Origin: Raja brachyura
Taxonomy: Eukaryota
Direction: 5' to 3'
NCBI GenBank assembly: GCA_963514005.1
Contig: OY740808.1
Coordinates: forward strand, 23,746,001-23,810,000
Length of the DNA: 64,000 nt
Positions within the stretch are counted from its first letter, which is position 1; every line of letters starts with the position of its first letter. The notes beneath the pieces were generated by a model. It saw only the letters and a program-made list of their open reading frames with translations. It searched no databases and had not been told where the DNA came from. This document shows positions 61,128 through 64,000 of the stretch, one piece after another. The position numbers were made by a program, and so were the translations under genes.

Positions 61128-64000
61128 GTAAGCCAATAAAATAAAATTCCCCCCTCAAATAATATATTTAGAAATTAAGTATTTTAAATCAGAAATCAGA
61201 TTATTTTACAGTAATTAACTTCAACTGGATCAGGCTGAATAGGGGTCCAGACCCAAAATGTTGTCTGTCCAATTCCTTTGATGTGCTGCCTGATCTGTTG
61301 AGTTCCTCAAATACAGTTTTGCCCAAGATTCTGGCATCTGCAATCTCTCATCTACAATTTAAACTATTTGATAGTATTCCTGCTGAATAGTGTGATTGCA
61401 AAAATAAATGTAATGAACTAATTCTTTATGTTATGTTGCTTAGTGATTTTTTGTTTTCTCTAGATGTCTAAAGTATATTTTTATCATAAACATATGATAC
61501 CAAATTCAATTGAAAATATAGTAAATCTTGACAGTTCTCTATTACATTTAGTACCTTATAAATGTCTATTTTCATGAATAAACTATTTAAAAACTTTAGT
61601 AATATTTCAAGCTATTTTCCCCCTGAATCTGACCACATGATAGTGCGATATAAATAAGAAATTCCCAAACTAGTTTAAGAATGTGTTATAGTTAAGAAAA
61701 TCCAGGAAGTATAACTTTTTTTTCTCTCCCCCTGTTGAAAATCAATATGCTCAGTTGGAAGAAGGATCCTAACCCAAAACATCACCTGTCAATTTTCAAC
61801 AGAGGCTGCCTTACTCCAGCATTTTGTGTCCATCAATAGGCTCGGCTGGAATGATACAAAATTACAGGAATCCAAACTGGCTTTTGGCACAAGAATTGGT
61901 GTAAAAAAAAAAACCATTTTCTATTTGGCCTTTGACAAACATGTCCATTTCAAGGCTATATATGTTTAATCTTAAATGGGAAAAAATATTCAAATTGCTA
62001 TTAATAACTAATGAATTTTGATGTTGAAATAGAAATAGCAGTTATTGACATGCAGAAAGTTATTGTGAACAACAAATTTTACTTGCTGAAAACAATCATT
62101 TGAGAACTGTTGTCGATGTGGATCAGTTTTTCCTTTGAGATGGATGGCCATTAAAGTGTTGAATGGAAAAACTCGAAAGCCAGAATTTTCTTTCTACCCT
62201 GAACTTGAACATTTGTTCTCAAAGTTGAATGTAGAGAAGCTGGACTAATAATGCAATATAATATTCTAAAGTAATTTGGCAGCTTAAACACAATTCTGTT
62301 ACCAAGAGCTTCAAATCATCAAGTTTTATACGGACACTTTCCAGGAGTGGACGAAGCCTACAGTAATCACTTTCCTTCATTTGTTTAACAACTTAGTTTC
62401 TTTGCTCCTTATTTGCGCAATCAATCAGTCATCAGAAATTTATCATTTCCCAAATATATTGATTGGAACATCATTCAAGGCTGCTGCTGTTGAAGAACAC
62501 AAACAAGCACCATCAGCTTCTCGGGTTATCATTGATAAAGATTACTGTTTAAAAGTTGTTTTATAGGTGGTTACAGTAAAAACAATGATGTATATTGCCC
62601 AAGTGAAAGGTTAGTTGAATGGCTTGCTTTTGTGTTGTAATTTCTATTTTCTTTAAAAATAATTTACTAAACTCTAATTGTCTGCCTGTCAATATTTGAA
62701 AAACATATTTTGGAAGCTGCAGATTTATTTTATATATAATAATAAATAAATGTATTTGTGGCTGAAAACATCAATTTATTAAGTAAATAATACAATTTTA
62801 TTACAACTACTAAATCTATTTTAATTAATAAAACTGAAGATATTCCTTATCGACATTAAACAATCATTTATCTGCAGTCCATCACACAATTTCCCATATT
62901 TATATAATTTCATTAAGCAACTTAATTAAATCGAAGTAACAGTGCCCCCCAGGTTCCAAAAATAACATCCATATTGCAAGACATTAAGGTAAGGTTTAAT
63001 TAAAATTTATCTATACATATAAATTGAAAGCATTTGAGAATGAAATATCAAATATGTTGGAAACATCTAGTATGCAAGAATAATACTGATATTAAATATG
63101 GTTGTTTTCATAAATACATAATACAGATAATATTTGGCCATCTGTATAAAACATCAGCGTACATTGTTTTAGTAAATATACATTATATTTGGCAATATAC
63201 CAGAAATATTGTAGCAATATCATAACTAACTTTTACATGAACACTTAAACTGTAAATATCACAAAAGGATAGAAGGCCACTATGTCCTTTGTTCTCAAAA
63301 TGTTAAAAGATATTTCATCAACAACTTGCACGTACACAGTGACATGAAATTAATAAATTGCCTCAAGGTAATTGGATATAAGCTAACAGTCGCGAATAAG
63401 GACATATTCGGATAAGTGGCTAGAAGAGGTAGGTTTTAAAGAGTATCTTAAAGCAGTGGATAGGTTTCACCCAAACTTACATTTCAAACAGTTACATAGA
63501 TAGCAAAAGATTTTTCTACATTATGCTCACTATTCATCATTCATTGACATGGTAATAAACTTAGTTTCTAATTAAATATAATGCACACTTCATCAAATTC
63601 ATACGACCATCTACACAGAAGCATCATTCTCCCTGTGCATGTATTTCAAGGTTTCAAGGTCAGTTTATTATCACATGTACCAAATAAGGCACAGTGAAAC
63701 TTACAACATTGAATCTACTATTGTGTATTATGGAAAGATCTGTGCCCACACTACAACATATTGAACATAATTCACACTGAGAAGTTCACAACAAAGATAG
63801 AGCATCTGTTCCATGCATATTAATGATGCATATTGTACATCATAGAACAGGTACTTGCCCTCTAGAAAAACATTATTAAGAAATTATAGCACTTTGTTTT
63901 GTATTTGTTTACTTGCAACAATTATATCTTCCCGGAAAAGGGGGAAGGTTCGATAATTGAAATGCGTACAGGAAACAAGTGGCAACATTTACAGCCAGCT

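Overview
Vertebrate genomic DNA. The repeat landscape (HE1/V-SINE-like SINEs, CR1/L2 LINEs, Penelope-like elements) suggests a cartilaginous fish such as a skate or ray; this is an inference. Two genes lie head-to-head. IFT81 is on the minus strand, with 10 coding exons at 19258->7313, an RFX X-box promoter near 20512, and the rest of the gene beyond the left edge. A P2X4-like purinergic receptor gene is on the plus strand, with 11 coding exons at 28085-61127 and an unresolved last exon. Introns and the intergenic gap are full of transposons: two Tc1 elements, a PIF/Harbinger MITE, three copies of a ~1 kb TIR element with 7-bp TSDs, a solo LTR, Helitron-like elements, Penelope-like fragments with hammerhead-ribozyme cores, LINEs and SINEs. 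The most striking feature is in P2RX4 intron 1. A full-length Tx1-clade (Keno-like) retrotransposon is preceded by a U3 snoRNA 5' fragment joined to a U2 snRNA 5' fragment. The whole U3-U2-retrotransposon unit is bounded by one 10-bp TSD and nested inside a non-autonomous hAT element, not inside a U2 gene. All family calls are by eye from recalled consensus sequences; no database searches were run.
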